Source: Selaginella moellendorffii (taxonomy: Eukaryota > Plantae > Lycopodiophyta). From it: DNA of 64,000 nucleotides. Under the pieces are notes generated by a model. It did not search any database and was not told where the DNA came from. It worked only from the letters and a program-made list of their open reading frames with translations. Every line of letters starts with the position of its first letter. Within the stretch, counting starts at the first letter, position 1. The position numbers and the translations under genes were made by a program. Positions 36,520-48,625 of this stretch are shown here, piece after piece. The stretch lies in contig NW_003314276.1 in the NCBI RefSeq assembly GCF_000143415.4, positions 1,013,434 through 1,077,433 on the forward strand. The letters are read 5' to 3'.

Positions 36520-37117
36520 ATGGTAGGTTCCGATTCTAGCTCCTCTCGATCCAAAATTAGGTTTTTTTTCCTCTAGTCCGTGCTTAGCGAAGATTCTTGC
36601 AGGCTAATGCGGCGTCCGGTATCGCTGTCCATGACGACTGTAAGCTCAAGTTCATGGAGCTCAAGCGAAAGAAGACCCACCGCTATGTGGTTTTCAAGAT
36701 CGACGAGAAAGCCCAGCAAGTAGTGGTGGAGAAACTGGGAGGACCCGATGAGAGCTACGAGGCTTTCACCGCCTCTCTCCCCGAGAACGATTGCAGATAT
36801 GCCGTCTACGATTTTGATTTCGTCACCGACGACAATTGCCCCAAGAGCAAGATCTTCTTCATCTCCTGGTAAGTTGCAAGCCCAAGCTCCATCTTTTCTT
36901 CTTTTCTTCGTTTGGATCTCTATAGATCTTTTCCTCCCGTGGTTCTTCCAGGTCTCCGGACACCTCTCGAGTGAAATCCAAGATGATTTACGCGAGCTCC
37001 AAGGACAGGTTCCGCCGAGAATTGGATGGAGTTCATCTGGAGCTGCAGGCCACAGATCCAACCGAGGTCGATTACGATTGCGTCTTGGACAAAGCCAAAA
37101 CCAACGCTGGACGCTGA
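36520..37117 (+). CDS. ADF: Actin-depolymerizing factor (ADF/cofilin), 3 exons
   Basis: ATG is immediately followed by an intron (36523-36602), typical of plant ADFs. Protein: [65 protein letters not shown]. Confidence 0.97.
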
Positions 37118-37488
37118 AAAACACGAAAAACAAGAAGAAAAAAAAAGTTCCTCGGAGATGGCACAGAGTGACCACTTTTGAAAGGGGCCTAAGAAAACAA
37201 CACGAATCAAGGCAAGCTTGCCAGTGGGGGGTGGTATTTGTTATTCTGTACATGGTGGTTCTCTTTTCTTTCCTTCCATTAGCTTTCGTTTAATTTGATT
37301 AAATGACAAGAGTTTTTGGATAATCCGAGCGTGGTTATGGCTAAACTGGTTAGGGTTCTTATGATTTGGAGGTTTCAGTACAGAGGGGATTAGGCTATGG
37401 CGACTTCCGGTCGTGCGATTCGCGGATAGGAGCACGAAATGGCGTAGCGATTCACGGTCTGTGAGCTCGAAATCTCCGGCGCCGTGTC

Positions 37489-38330
37489 ATGGATCCCGCT
37501 GCGGGCACCGAAATTGCGGAGGGAAATCTTCTCCGCATTCGGACCAGCCTCGGCGACGATCTCCAGGGCCATGTCCTCGCCTTCGACAAGGCTCTCAACA
37601 TGGTCGTGATTCATATCCTTTTGCTGCGCTCGATCTCGCGCTTCTTGCTGGAAAATCCGGAAGAGCCCTAATCTCGCGTGTTCGTGTTCTTGAGCTTGCG
37701 CTTCCTTGACTGGTATGAACAGGAGAGCGGGGACGTTGGTGTTCGTGGCAACCTTCGCTTCCTCAAGGCGACTTTCATCAAGGAGCTGACGGTGATCAAG
37801 CAACTGGAGGACTCTTTCGATTCCAGGCCGCGTTTCATCGACATTGCCAGCCTCAAGGCTCGTGAAGACGCTGCTTTGAAGTGGAAAATTGTGATCGTCT
37901 CTTTGTTCTCCAGTTCTCATTGTTTGCGCTCTTGGCAGGCAGGCTATGGCCGAGGCGGAGCGAATCGGCGTTGGAGTGACACAGGAAGCTCAAGACATCT
38001 TCGATGCTTTGTCCAAAACGTAAGCGTTCTCTTCTTTCGCTACGGCTATAGAACTTTGCGTGAGAACTTATTGTTCTTGATCCCAGGCTTCCAGTGCGGT
38101 GGGACAAAGCCACAATTTTGGTGATGGGGGACGTTAGAGTGAACGAGCCATACCTCCCAGAAAACGTTACTGGCGGTGCCACGGCGGCAAACGATCGAGT
38201 GAAAAAAGTGGTAAGCTCCGAAAACTTCGATCTTCCAAAAGTGGTTTTTGATCGATTCGATCGTGTCATGTTTTAGCTGGAACTGGAGAGAATGCGGCTC
38301 CAAGCTCGCAGTTCTTCCGCAAACCCGTAG
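37489..38330 (+). CDS. LSM12: LSM12-like protein (Lsm domain + anticodon-binding AD domain)
   Basis: IRTSLGDDLQGHVLAFDK, NLRFLKATFIK, IGVGVTQEAQDIFDALSKT/LPVRWDKATILVMGDVRVNEPYLPENVTGG..ANDRVKKV/LELER. The first intron is AT-AC (37613-37720). Confidence 0.9.
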
Positions 38331-38746
38331 GAGCGAGGCCGAGAGAGGTCACAAACGAGATCGAAAAAAAAGAAGGAAGAGATCGTCAACACCACCACCA
38401 ACACCACAAAAAAAATCGTTCCGGGCAAGCTTGAGGCAGCAATGGCAGAGGAAACTTGCATCGATCGATCGATTGATCGTCTTCTAATCTTTCCTTTGTC
38501 ACACTTTTTTTTCCTTTTCGGCTCCTCGGCGGAGCTGCTGATTCTCCTCACTGCTTAACACTGTAATCCCCTCGCTCTAAAATTCTTTGTAGCTTTTGTT
38601 GTAGCTTCTCTTTGGATGGAAAGCGAGAGAGAGAGAGAGATATTTTCAACTATAGCCAAATCGACGGTGGGATGGACGAAAGAAGAGAGGATCGGACGGT
38701 CCGGGAGCCATTGGTTCCCTCCATAGAATTTTTGGAGCTTGGAGCT

Positions 38747-40097
38747 ATGGCGGCATTTTCGTGCTGGGCGAATTTGCCCCTGGCAGCGCGAATTCTTCCA
38801 GCGTCGTCCCCGCCGCTAGCTCCTGGCGCCTGCCGGGCAGTGGTGCCGGGCGTGAGATTGCGGGGTTCGCAATTCCAGAGGCGATCGTTTGATCCCGGCC
38901 ACGCAGCGGTGATTCTCGCGGTTGTCGAGGAAGAACACAGGCCTGTGTGGGTGAAGCTCGCGGCTGCGGCCAGCGCCGCCGCGGTCGCGGTGATTCTATC
39001 GACGGGATTTGCCCTGGGAGACAAGATTGGCTACTACACGAGGTATGCCGCCGAGTACAAGAGGCGGGGGATGGAGCTCTTTGTGGAGGTATGGAAATTC
39101 TCGAAATGTAGCTTCGAATTTCGAGAAGTTCTCTTGGATTTCTTCGTGCGCCAGGGGGATTTGAATGGCTCGCTCGAGTTCTTCGATAAGTGTTTGGAAG
39201 TTCTCCCCGATGATTTGCCTTGTAAGTCGAGAAGTGTGATGATAGTTTTATCTCATTTGCTTGTTTCTGGCTATATAGATCTTTGGCAAAGAGGCCTCAC
39301 GCTGTTCTATCTCAACAAGTAGGCACACGAATTTTCACGTTTTGGACTCCAACTTTCTGGCACAGGTTTGAGGAGGCGGCCACTCAATTTCGCGAGAACA
39401 TCAAAGCTCGACCAGATGACACGGAAGAGGTTTTGTGGATTTGTTCGTTCGAGACTTGAGATTGTTGATCATCCTTTCTTGCGTTTTTCTTGTAGCTTGT
39501 GTGGTGCTTTCTCTGCGATGCTCACATCGATGGATTGGAGGAGGCTCGCAAGAGACTACCACCCGTAAGTTCGATCGAGATTAGAATTCTCCAACTCCTT
39601 TGTGAGTTTTTGATACAACAACAATGCAGATTGGCGACGATGACAGGCCCTTCATGAACAAGATCTATGAGCTCTACAAAAACGGAGGAGATCCACAACA
39701 GGTGAAAGAGAGAAAACTCTCAAACCGAGAGATGCTCTAACGAGGTTCTTGTGACGTCTCAAGGCAGATGCTCTCGGATTTGGGTGTTGACGATGGCCAG
39801 GAGTATTTCTACATGGCACTGTACGCAGCACTCTACTATGACGCTCAGGTAGCCAGCCATCCATCGTTTTAGAAACCCCGGGACTAACTTCTCTCTTGGA
39901 TTCCTAGAAAAACTTGGAAGCTGCCAAAGCAACCATGGAAGCAGCTTGCCGGAGCTCTTATGGATCCAAGTAAGTTTTGCTGGAACAAGCATTCGTCCTC
40001 TACATTTATCTTGTGCAGGGCCAAGGACTACGTGGCCTACATTACCAAAATCCATAGCAAAACACGAAACTGGGAGCTTGTTCCAGCCACTTCGTGA
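38747..40097 (+). CDS. Tetratricopeptide-repeat protein with putative plastid transit peptide (At3g05625/NlpI-like)
   Basis: RRGMELFVE/GDLNGSLEFFDKCLE../LWQRGLTLFYLN/FEEAATQFR..PDDTEE/..WCFLCDA..DDRPFM..EYFYMALYAALYY. Confidence 0.8.
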
Positions 40098-40361
40098 ACA
40101 GGAAGAGCAAGAGCCTTGGTTCCGCCACCTTAATACAGGAGAAAGATTTTCTCGCGAAGCTGTAGTTCGCACGACGCAACCATAGCGCTGTGCTTGCTGA
40201 TCACGGTGGCTACTCGTCCAAGACACTGGCTGCGACCATATCAAACACCATGGTACTTTGCTGATCATGTGTTATAAAGTAAAAACCTGGACGAAAGAAC
40301 AAAAATGAAAAGTTTGTACCTTCAAATCTTACGAGCTTGAATGTTATTGACAAAGGCGACT

Positions 40362-41727
40362 TTACATTCCGAGCACCACTTTCATTTGATTCTCCCAGTG
40401 CTCCTTAACTTGCTGGACGCGCTCCACGCGCTCTTTCTTGAGTCTCTCGTCCCAGTAATCCCTGCATCTGTGACACAAACCGAGAAAAAACTTTTACACT
40501 AGCACGAAATCAAAGAAGCTGAAAACCAACCTGTTTCTGATCATCAAGTTCAACTCCGTGAGTAAAACCGCCGTCAGGTACACGCCAGGCTGCACGGGGA
40601 AAGTCAAAGACAAAAGAGAAATGCAAAAAATAAGTTCACATTCTAACTGTGTGTTGATAGAGCTCCTTTTTACCTGTCGACAAAGCGGACACTTGGACTC
40701 CTTGGTGGCAGACTTGACGCCTTGAATTGTTGGAATGGAAGCCGCAGAACAAGCACAGGTGTTGCAAAAGAGATGCCCGCATCCCAGAGCGACTGGATCA
40801 AACAGCGTTTCCTAAAGGAAGAACAAAGCTCAAGCCATGAATCGGTGTTAAAAACCAATCGCGTCTTACCAGACAGATGGAGCACGTAAGATCCACTTCA
40901 AACGTCTGCGAGTCGACGAGAGTGCACTGGAGAGTAGCCTTGGAATCGCCAAATTCACAAGAGCAGTGTGACAGTCCCTCGGGAAAGGATAAGTTCTCAC
41001 CACTGCTAGTCTCGCCATTTTCACCCTTCTGACCATCTTTTTTATCCTTGAGGTTGATGTAGAGAGCACTTAGCTCGATCAGCCATGGAGACTGGAGGAG
41101 CTCGACTTGCATGGCTTGGAGTCGTGTTCTAAAAGCTCGCCCAGCTACCGAGCAATGCACCTGGAAAGTGAAGCACCATCCAAACAGTGGAAAAAGAAGC
41201 AAGCAAGGCTTTCTAGCGAAGAAATACCTTGTCATACTTCTTTAGAATCTTGCGAATGGCGATGGCGTTCATCGAGGCATAGTTCACCAAGTTTCTTCCC
41301 TGATAGATCATCGCGCCGTGATCTCCACCAAAGTTGTGCCTCATGCGCAGTAGCATCCTCTGGAACTTGGAGGCGAGGTGGAATTCCAGGAGCTGCTGTG
41401 CTCGAGAGTTGAAACAGCCCATCACGGCCGAGATCTCCTTGAGCAAATTGGGGAAAAAATTCCCATCGCAGACTGGCTCAAAGAAAAAAAAAAAATTCAA
41501 TCGCGATGAGAATGAATGTCACGCATCGCAGCGAAAATCCAATTACCTGGACACGCGACAGGGCAATTGCACGATGGATCCCCGGCCGATGGCGCCTTGA
41601 GGAGTTCTTGGCGGCCGCAACGCTTGAGAAGCTTCTTGTGGCGCTTGAATTCCACATACGAGCACCCCTCGAGAAGGCGCCGCCCTTCCTTCTCCACATA
41701 CTCAGTGTATCTCTTCCCAAACTTCAT
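40362..41727 (-). CDS. NLA: SPX + RING E3 ubiquitin ligase (NLA/BAH1-like)
   Basis: [98 protein letters not shown]. Confidence 0.93.
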
Positions 41728-42197
41728 GATCCACGATCCACACCCACAGCTCGCGATAGCGGCGAGATCGATCGGATTATCAAGAAAAGAAGAGATCGCG
41801 TTCGCGATGCGCCGGAGAGGAGGAGAGGAGGATCACATTCTCTACGCTAGCCCTAAAATCGGGAACACGCCGACCATGGCGCCAATACAAGCGCTCTCAC
41901 GCCCAATCTCGACGGTCCGCCACTTTGAAATTTCACCTTTCACTCATGGAATCTTGTCAGTCAATTATTCGTTTAAGAGTGGTGTCACGTCCTAGTTCTT
42001 ATCTTCCACCATGACTAAACGTTAAGTTTCTTATATCATCTAAGCTTAGATTTGGTCTATAAAAGAAGCTACATTGTCATGGAATTATTTATATTCGATT
42101 TGGTCAGAGAATATATGAAGAAATTTTCCAAATTACATTGTCATAGATTATATAGAGAATTTTTCTATACATGGAATTATTTTACTTTTCTCTTACG

Positions 42198-45100
42198 TTA
42201 GACGAGGCCAGTCATGGCTCTTTGGAGGTCTTTCACTTTGGATAGTAGCAACTCTTTCTCCTTGAGGAGCTGGAGCACCAAAACCTTTTGTTCTTGCTCG
42301 GCATTCACGAGCTCCTCTAGCTGCGCTTGCATTTGATCTTTCACGTCCTCGCTATCGACCATGCTAAACAGCCTCGAGACAACTTCCTGGACCTGGAAGA
42401 CGATCGCAAAACCAAACAAAACAAAACAAAACAAAAAAAAAACAAAGCTTAGAAACTTTCTAGCATCGATCAGCTTACGATGAGCTTACTCTTCCGGAGA
42501 CTTCTTCCACTCGGCTGCTTCGTTGTCTCTCGATCGCCGGCGGGTGTTCTTGCTTCCGAAGCTCCCTCCGCGTGATCTGGATGTGGATTTGTCCCTTAGC
42601 GACCCCTTGCAACGGGATCCATCGATCAACAGTTTGGTTTCGAGCCTGGCGCTGATAGTCCACGGCACAGTGGCCGATCGATGCGGTTGGCAAAATTGCA
42701 TTGTAGTCTTTGACGTGGAGCTCCAAAGGACTTCCATCATCTATCAGATCCATGGTCTCGTTCCACAAGGGGCTGAGGCTCCTGTATATAACCTGCATTG
42801 CAAGTTTTCCTGTCTTAAACCAAGCACACGAAAGAGAAAGTTCTTAGTACCTTTGTTCGCTTCCTCACGGTACCATAGCGCACGCTAACGTATGGGTCAC
42901 TAGTGCCGTTCCAGTCCGCGGCCACAAGGTCCCTTGCTTCCACGAGAATAAGTTCTAGAATGTATGTCATGTTATGATCCTCCGTCTGAAAGAAAACACT
43001 TGTAACTCACTTAGCAAGAACAAACAAGGTGTTTTAACATACCTCGGAGTCCCTCGTGTCAACTGCTTCAAGAATTAAGTGTATTTCTCCTGTGTCTATT
43101 TTCTCCAGAGGTATCCAGACGTCCCTGGGTGTGTTTGCTTCAAGGCTATGCAAGTTAATCCTCGCGCTTCCCATATTCTCGTCATTCATGAGCATGTCAG
43201 CATCGTAACACTTGATCTTTATGTATTCTCCATCCCCGTATTCGTCGAACTCGAACTCCTGGTTCCAAACGGGATTGAGGTTTTGTTGAATTGTCTTCGT
43301 TTTCCTTTGAATCTGTAAGTCCCAAATAAGCTCTTTACAAAGACAGTAAGAGATCAGTAGTACCTTGCCATATTGCAGTTTCAAGTAAGGGTCACTTTTT
43401 CCGCTCCTATCTTTTGGTGCTAGATTCCTTCCTTCAACTACTGTGACTTTGATCTTTCTGCCCGTGAGGTACCGCGTGCTTCGAAAAGCATCTAACTGCA
43501 AGAGTGGTGTCTGAGAATTTGTTGGATCGTCCGCGAAACACCATTCTTTTAGAACTAATTTCACGGTTATCTGTTCAGTCATATAAAGTTAGCACCGCGT
43601 TAAGGCAATAAAAGAGGAAGAATAAATAATTACCTCCCCAGATTTGTCCTCAATAGGAACAACCAGTTGAACTTCTCTGTCACACTGATCAACATGAGCG
43701 GCAATAACTCCGGGCTTTCGTCCTACAGCCCAAAATGTTGTGGAACCATCGAACACGTACTTGAACTGTTCCAACATAAACGTAAGAACTCAGTGATATC
43801 ACAAAGGACACGTCACCTTTATCTCGCATGTCCCTAGAAAATCGGATTTAACTGACTGAAACCTTTGTTCGTAGACGTTCAAATGCAGTGTTGCCTCGCT
43901 ACCGTGAAAAACCATGGTGATCGGAGCGTCCCACGTCGACTTTGGAGATGTCCCAGTCCTCCTCGAGAGATTTCCAAGAGTTAGCTCGACAAATGTTCCG
44001 CTGAAACTGCTGCCGTTGCTGGAATATCTGTCACCTGCTGTCGTCCTGGAGCTGTTTTCTGGCCTGGGTATGTTTGCAGCCGTCAGCACGGATACTGAAA
44101 GTACACCACCGGTGACACGCTTTTTCGAATCCCGTACAGGTAGGGAAAAGCATCGCATTCGGGGTTCAACCATTGTACGATTCAAGGTATCTAGAAGTAG
44201 CTTCTCCTGAAAGGGCAACGAAAAGACGGTGTAAAGAAATGCTTGACTAAGGAACTGCAAGACAAACCAGCCATGACGAAACGACAGGAAGTTCAGTAGC
44301 AGGAAGATGCTGGTTTCCGCTGCCGAATGCAACACCAAGTTTTACATCTGGTGTCGACTCAAACGCATATAATATAGCTTGTCCGTCAAGTATAGGAACA
44401 AGCCGGAGCTGAAAAGAAATGAAAACGTCTGAGAGCTTAAACATCAACGCAAAGGAAAGACTTACATCACCTCTTACTTGAATAGAGTTTATGTTTATAC
44501 GTGCTACCTTCCCGGCAAAAGGAGCTGACAATTTCGCAGCGAGGAGAACACTCATTTCATTGCTGACCCATTCGAATCCCATATGCAAAACTGGCTGAAA
44601 ACATCCCAAATGCAATCAGAAAGTAAGGATAAGAATAAAATGGTTCCAACCTGACAGTCTTCCAATGACCAGAATGTTCTTTGGAGCCCAAAGAGAGGAG
44701 GAGCTTTGCCCAGATCGAAATCATTCACTTCAATGGTTTGCTGTATATGACAACCACAACTGATTAACACATGAATCTGATAAAAACACCGAGGACAAAA
44801 CTTACAATCGGCCTGGGCTTCTTTTCTTTGACTCTTCGCTAAAAGAGCACAAAAAAATGTTTGGCGGTATAGTAACGAAAACAAACCATACCTGTACAAG
44901 CGCTCGAAATCTCGAGGACAACCTTTTCTCCAGATAGTTTGGCCATATACACAAGACAAGCTTGTTAAACCACTCACAAGGCTCCAAAGGCGTGGTTGGC
45001 TGAGCAAATTCACGCGTTAGCGATGATCGAAAGCTTCAATCAAATTACCTGCGTGCAGAGAAAATGTCGCTTCCATCGGTTGTTTAGATCCTCCACAATC

Positions 45101-45435
45101 TGTTGCTGTCGATACCGTCCATACTAAAAACTCGATGGTTTTAATAACGAACTAAAGTTATAAAGACTTACCTGAATAGTCGCCCACACCGTGACACACA
45201 CCGGGACCCAATTCGAGAATGGAACGATCCATCTCTCCAGCGCCCAGGCTAGAAGAAACACTGGTATGAGGAAGGGAAGAATCGGCTTGTCCCGGATCAA
45301 ATGCTGCCAAACGCCAGTAAATTCGCTGCTGTGCCGCCGCCCGCCGCTCCCCACATACTGCCGAGGAAGGAATCTACCATAATCCACCCCATTTGCTTCC
45401 CGGATGACAGTCCCCACGAACTGATTCCTCGCCAT
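42198..45435 (-). CDS. SYT6: Synaptotagmin-like N-terminal TM + SMP + multiple C2 + coiled-coil protein (SYT6/At3g18370-like)
   Basis: WALERWIVPFSNWVP, TTPLEPCEWFNKL, GVAFGSG..LPATELPVVSSWL, TGRKIKVTVVEGRNLAPKDRSGKSDPYLKLQYG, LNPVWNQEFEFDE and a C-terminal coiled coil. Confidence 0.88.
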
Positions 45436-45804
45436 CGCCGATCGATCCACTAGAGCTCCAAAACCCCTGCGAAATCTTACATTGCTGGAATTTCTTGGCG
45501 GATCTTTCTTAAAACCCTAGAGAAGCCGCTCGGTATTCCGCCAAAGCTCGTGTACTACTAGGCCATTTCATCTTTGGCGGCCCCGCCAACACTCCAAAGT
45601 TGACCGGCGGCGCCGCCAAGCGGCATATTACGTCAGTTTAAAGCACATTCTGTCTCTTTATTTTCTAGGGTTCTTAGTTTTCCATGTGGCCGGACATGGT
45701 TGGAGCATGCTTATAGCGCGCGGGGATCTGTGGTTTGTCCGGAAGATTGCTGCTGTTGTGCTGATTCACAGCTTCTAGCGTGCTGCTCGATCGCGCTATC
45801 CAGC

Positions 45805-48122
45805 ATGGAGATCTACACGACAGGAATCGTAAGCTCCTTCGTTCCATTTTTTCCAAAAATCTCGGCATTTCTTGTAAATGTATGAGCTACATTGTTTGTG
45901 TGTGATGCAGCTCTCGCCGAAATCCTCTCGAAGCACAAAGGTACGCTCTCTAGATGACTTTTTGGTCGTTTCTTATTCAATACATTTTTTTTCCAGGATG
46001 GTTTTGGAACTTCTACGGACTACTCGGATCGGCAGCTTACAAGCCGGGAGTCCAATCTCAGCGAGTAAGAATTTCAAGTTTGCGTAGTTCTGTTTCATTC
46101 TCATTCTTTCTTTGGTGGGATGGTTCTCAGGCTATGGTCGAAAACACCATTCCAAATGCCTCCCGACGAAGAGGTGTTGAGGATGAGGTCTTTGGAGAAG
46201 GAGAAGCTCAAGGAGCAAAAGAGAAGGGAAAATCTGCTCCCAGTTGCTGAGAGGACTACGTTTGCTTCAAAACTTGGTTCTACGCGATGGTCCAAGGAAC
46301 TGAGACAAGTATGCTTTTTCCAACTTTTCATTCTTCGTTACCGATTTGGCTTGCTTTTGCAGGACATGATAGATATCGACGAGCAAATTTCAAAAGAGAT
46401 GGAGAAGCTCCGGAGCGTGACAATACTTCCGGTGGAACACTACCACAAAGAAAAAGAGAATATGGCCGAGTTCATTGCCAAGAAACGGGAAATTTTTCTT
46501 GTGCAAATGAGCTTGGACACGAAGAGGGCGGAGATCAGGAAGCTGGAAGACAAAATTTTCCAGAGAGAGGAGGTAAACAATTCTCTTTTACTTTATATCA
46601 AAGACCTTTTCAGGCCTTAAGGAAAAGCGAGGAAATGCTTGCAGAGGACAGCTTGGAGTTTGATGCGTTTCTAAAGAAGAACGATGAGAAGGTAAGGCCC
46701 ACAAAAAGATTTTTCAAATCATAAAAGCAAGATGTTCATTTTGCCAGGTGCAAGAGGCTATCAGGAAGGCTGAAATGCAAACAAGGCTCAAGCAGGACAA
46801 GGCATGCGACCATCATACTCATAAAATAACAAGGACATCCACGATAACAAATTTCGCAATATAGGTTGCGGAGGCAAAAAGGTTGAACAGCAATATTTCA
46901 GCTCTGAAGCGAGATCTCAACAAGGTAAAGTTCGCTTTCATAGAGAGGAGCCCTGCTAAAACATTCCAGGTTGCTGCAGTATAAGGAGCAACTGGACGAA
47001 TGTAAGAAGTACAAGGACTTTCTTGTAAGCCTTACGTCAAAAGAGTGGTTTGAAGAGCAAGCGCAGCAGAAAATATCACAGAAAAAGGAACCAGCAGCAG
47101 CTGAGAGTACCTCGGAATCTGGAGGTGATATTGTCTCTTTCATTGACATTCATTTATCTAATCAATGGGAGATGTAACATTAGATGGAGACGATGGCGAA
47201 CAGGAGCAAATGTTTTTCCGCCATCCAAGCCAGGTCTGTTTTGTACATTTTAATTCCAAATATCTCAACTCTCTCGCAGCAAAATACTGCAGCTCTTGGA
47301 AATCTTTACCGAGCTCGAGGAGAAGAACTTGACGTTAATGCAAGAGTGTCAAGACAGTGAAAATGCTCTTGAAGATCTCAGAACCAAACTTCGGGAGACT
47401 AGAGCAACGAATGACAACAAGCTTGGGAACCTACGCCTCCAACTTCAAGTACGTCTTTTCTTTTTATCGCGTTTCTCTGAGTAACTCCAAAGTCAATGAC
47501 ACCGCCAGAGCTTGAGAGTGTCACTGAGGGGTCAAGAAGAGTCCCAAAGCAGGCTGCAAAACAAGACGCTTCTGAATATGGTCGACCGCAAGTACGAAAT
47601 AACGTCCGAAGACATTATGGCCAAGGTAGCAGAAGTCTATGCTAGATCCGGATTCGAAATTGACCCTTCGCTGGGTGTGATACAAATGCTGACGAACATT
47701 GAGGTTCGTTTTTACTTCCGTCCTTTTCCTTGTCGTCCTGACCGCGTAGTAAATATGTTCCAGTCGAGGCTTGAAGAGAATGTGATCGCGCTGGAAGGGA
47801 TTCCTCAAGACTTCATAGAACAAACGGAGAAGAGCCGGGAGAAGGAAAGGCGACTTAAAGTTCGTGCCGAGAGGCTGGAGAAAGTGAGGGAGGAGCAAGA
47901 AAGACGAGCAATGAGGAGCTTAGAACGAGCACAGGTGAAACTTCTCTGTGTTTTTTCGGAAGAAGCTAACAGTGATACTGCCAGGCTCCTGTTCACAAGA
48001 GAATTGGAAAGCCAGTGATGTTTCGATCATATCTCAAGAAGAAAAAGAAGGAGAAAGTCGAGGATTTGAGCAAAAGTGGAGACGAGAAGGACTTGCTGGA
48101 CTTCCTGGCTCGAGCATACTGA
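45805..48122 (+). CDS. CFAP100: Cilia- and flagella-associated protein 100 (CCDC37/MIA1, DUF4200)
   Basis: KENMAEFIAKKREIFLVQMSLDTKRAEIRKLE..REEALRKSEEML.EDSLEFDAFLKKND.KVQEAIRKAE, LLEIFTELEEKNLTLMQECQ and RAQAPVHKRIGKPVMFRS. One GC-AG intron (46802-46864). Confidence 0.88.
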
Positions 48123-48625
48123 TAAGTTCTTGGTTTTCTCCGCGAGGTACTTGCCGTAAGGTAAGGCATGTTTTAAATTCTCTAGCCAGTCGTTGTAGAA
48201 TATAACATGCTCGTGAATTCATTCAAGTTTTTATTTTTTTCTTTTGTACAGATTCCATGGAATCGTGATTCGTGAGTGTAAGTAAGCCAAAAGAAAACGG
48301 CCCAAAACATTGAAATCGCCATGCCAATCACCGGAGCATTCAATTTCCCACCATCTTTCTTTCTCACTCCTTTCGTTCCTTTTCTATTTTCCCAGCTAGC
48401 TAACCATCGCCACCATTAACTCTTGCCAATCAATGGCGACCATCGTCTCGTCGTCCTGAGCAAGAAGAGGGGTATTGTCCGTCCGGAGAAGAAAGCGAGA
48501 GTGGTCGAATTTTGGTTTCTCATCCTCTCATGGAGACCATTCACGAAGTTTGCGAGGAATCGTCTTCCCAGGCTGGAGATGAAGATAATCTTCCGAGCGT
48601 CGACTTTGGTGCACGTAGATCGGCA

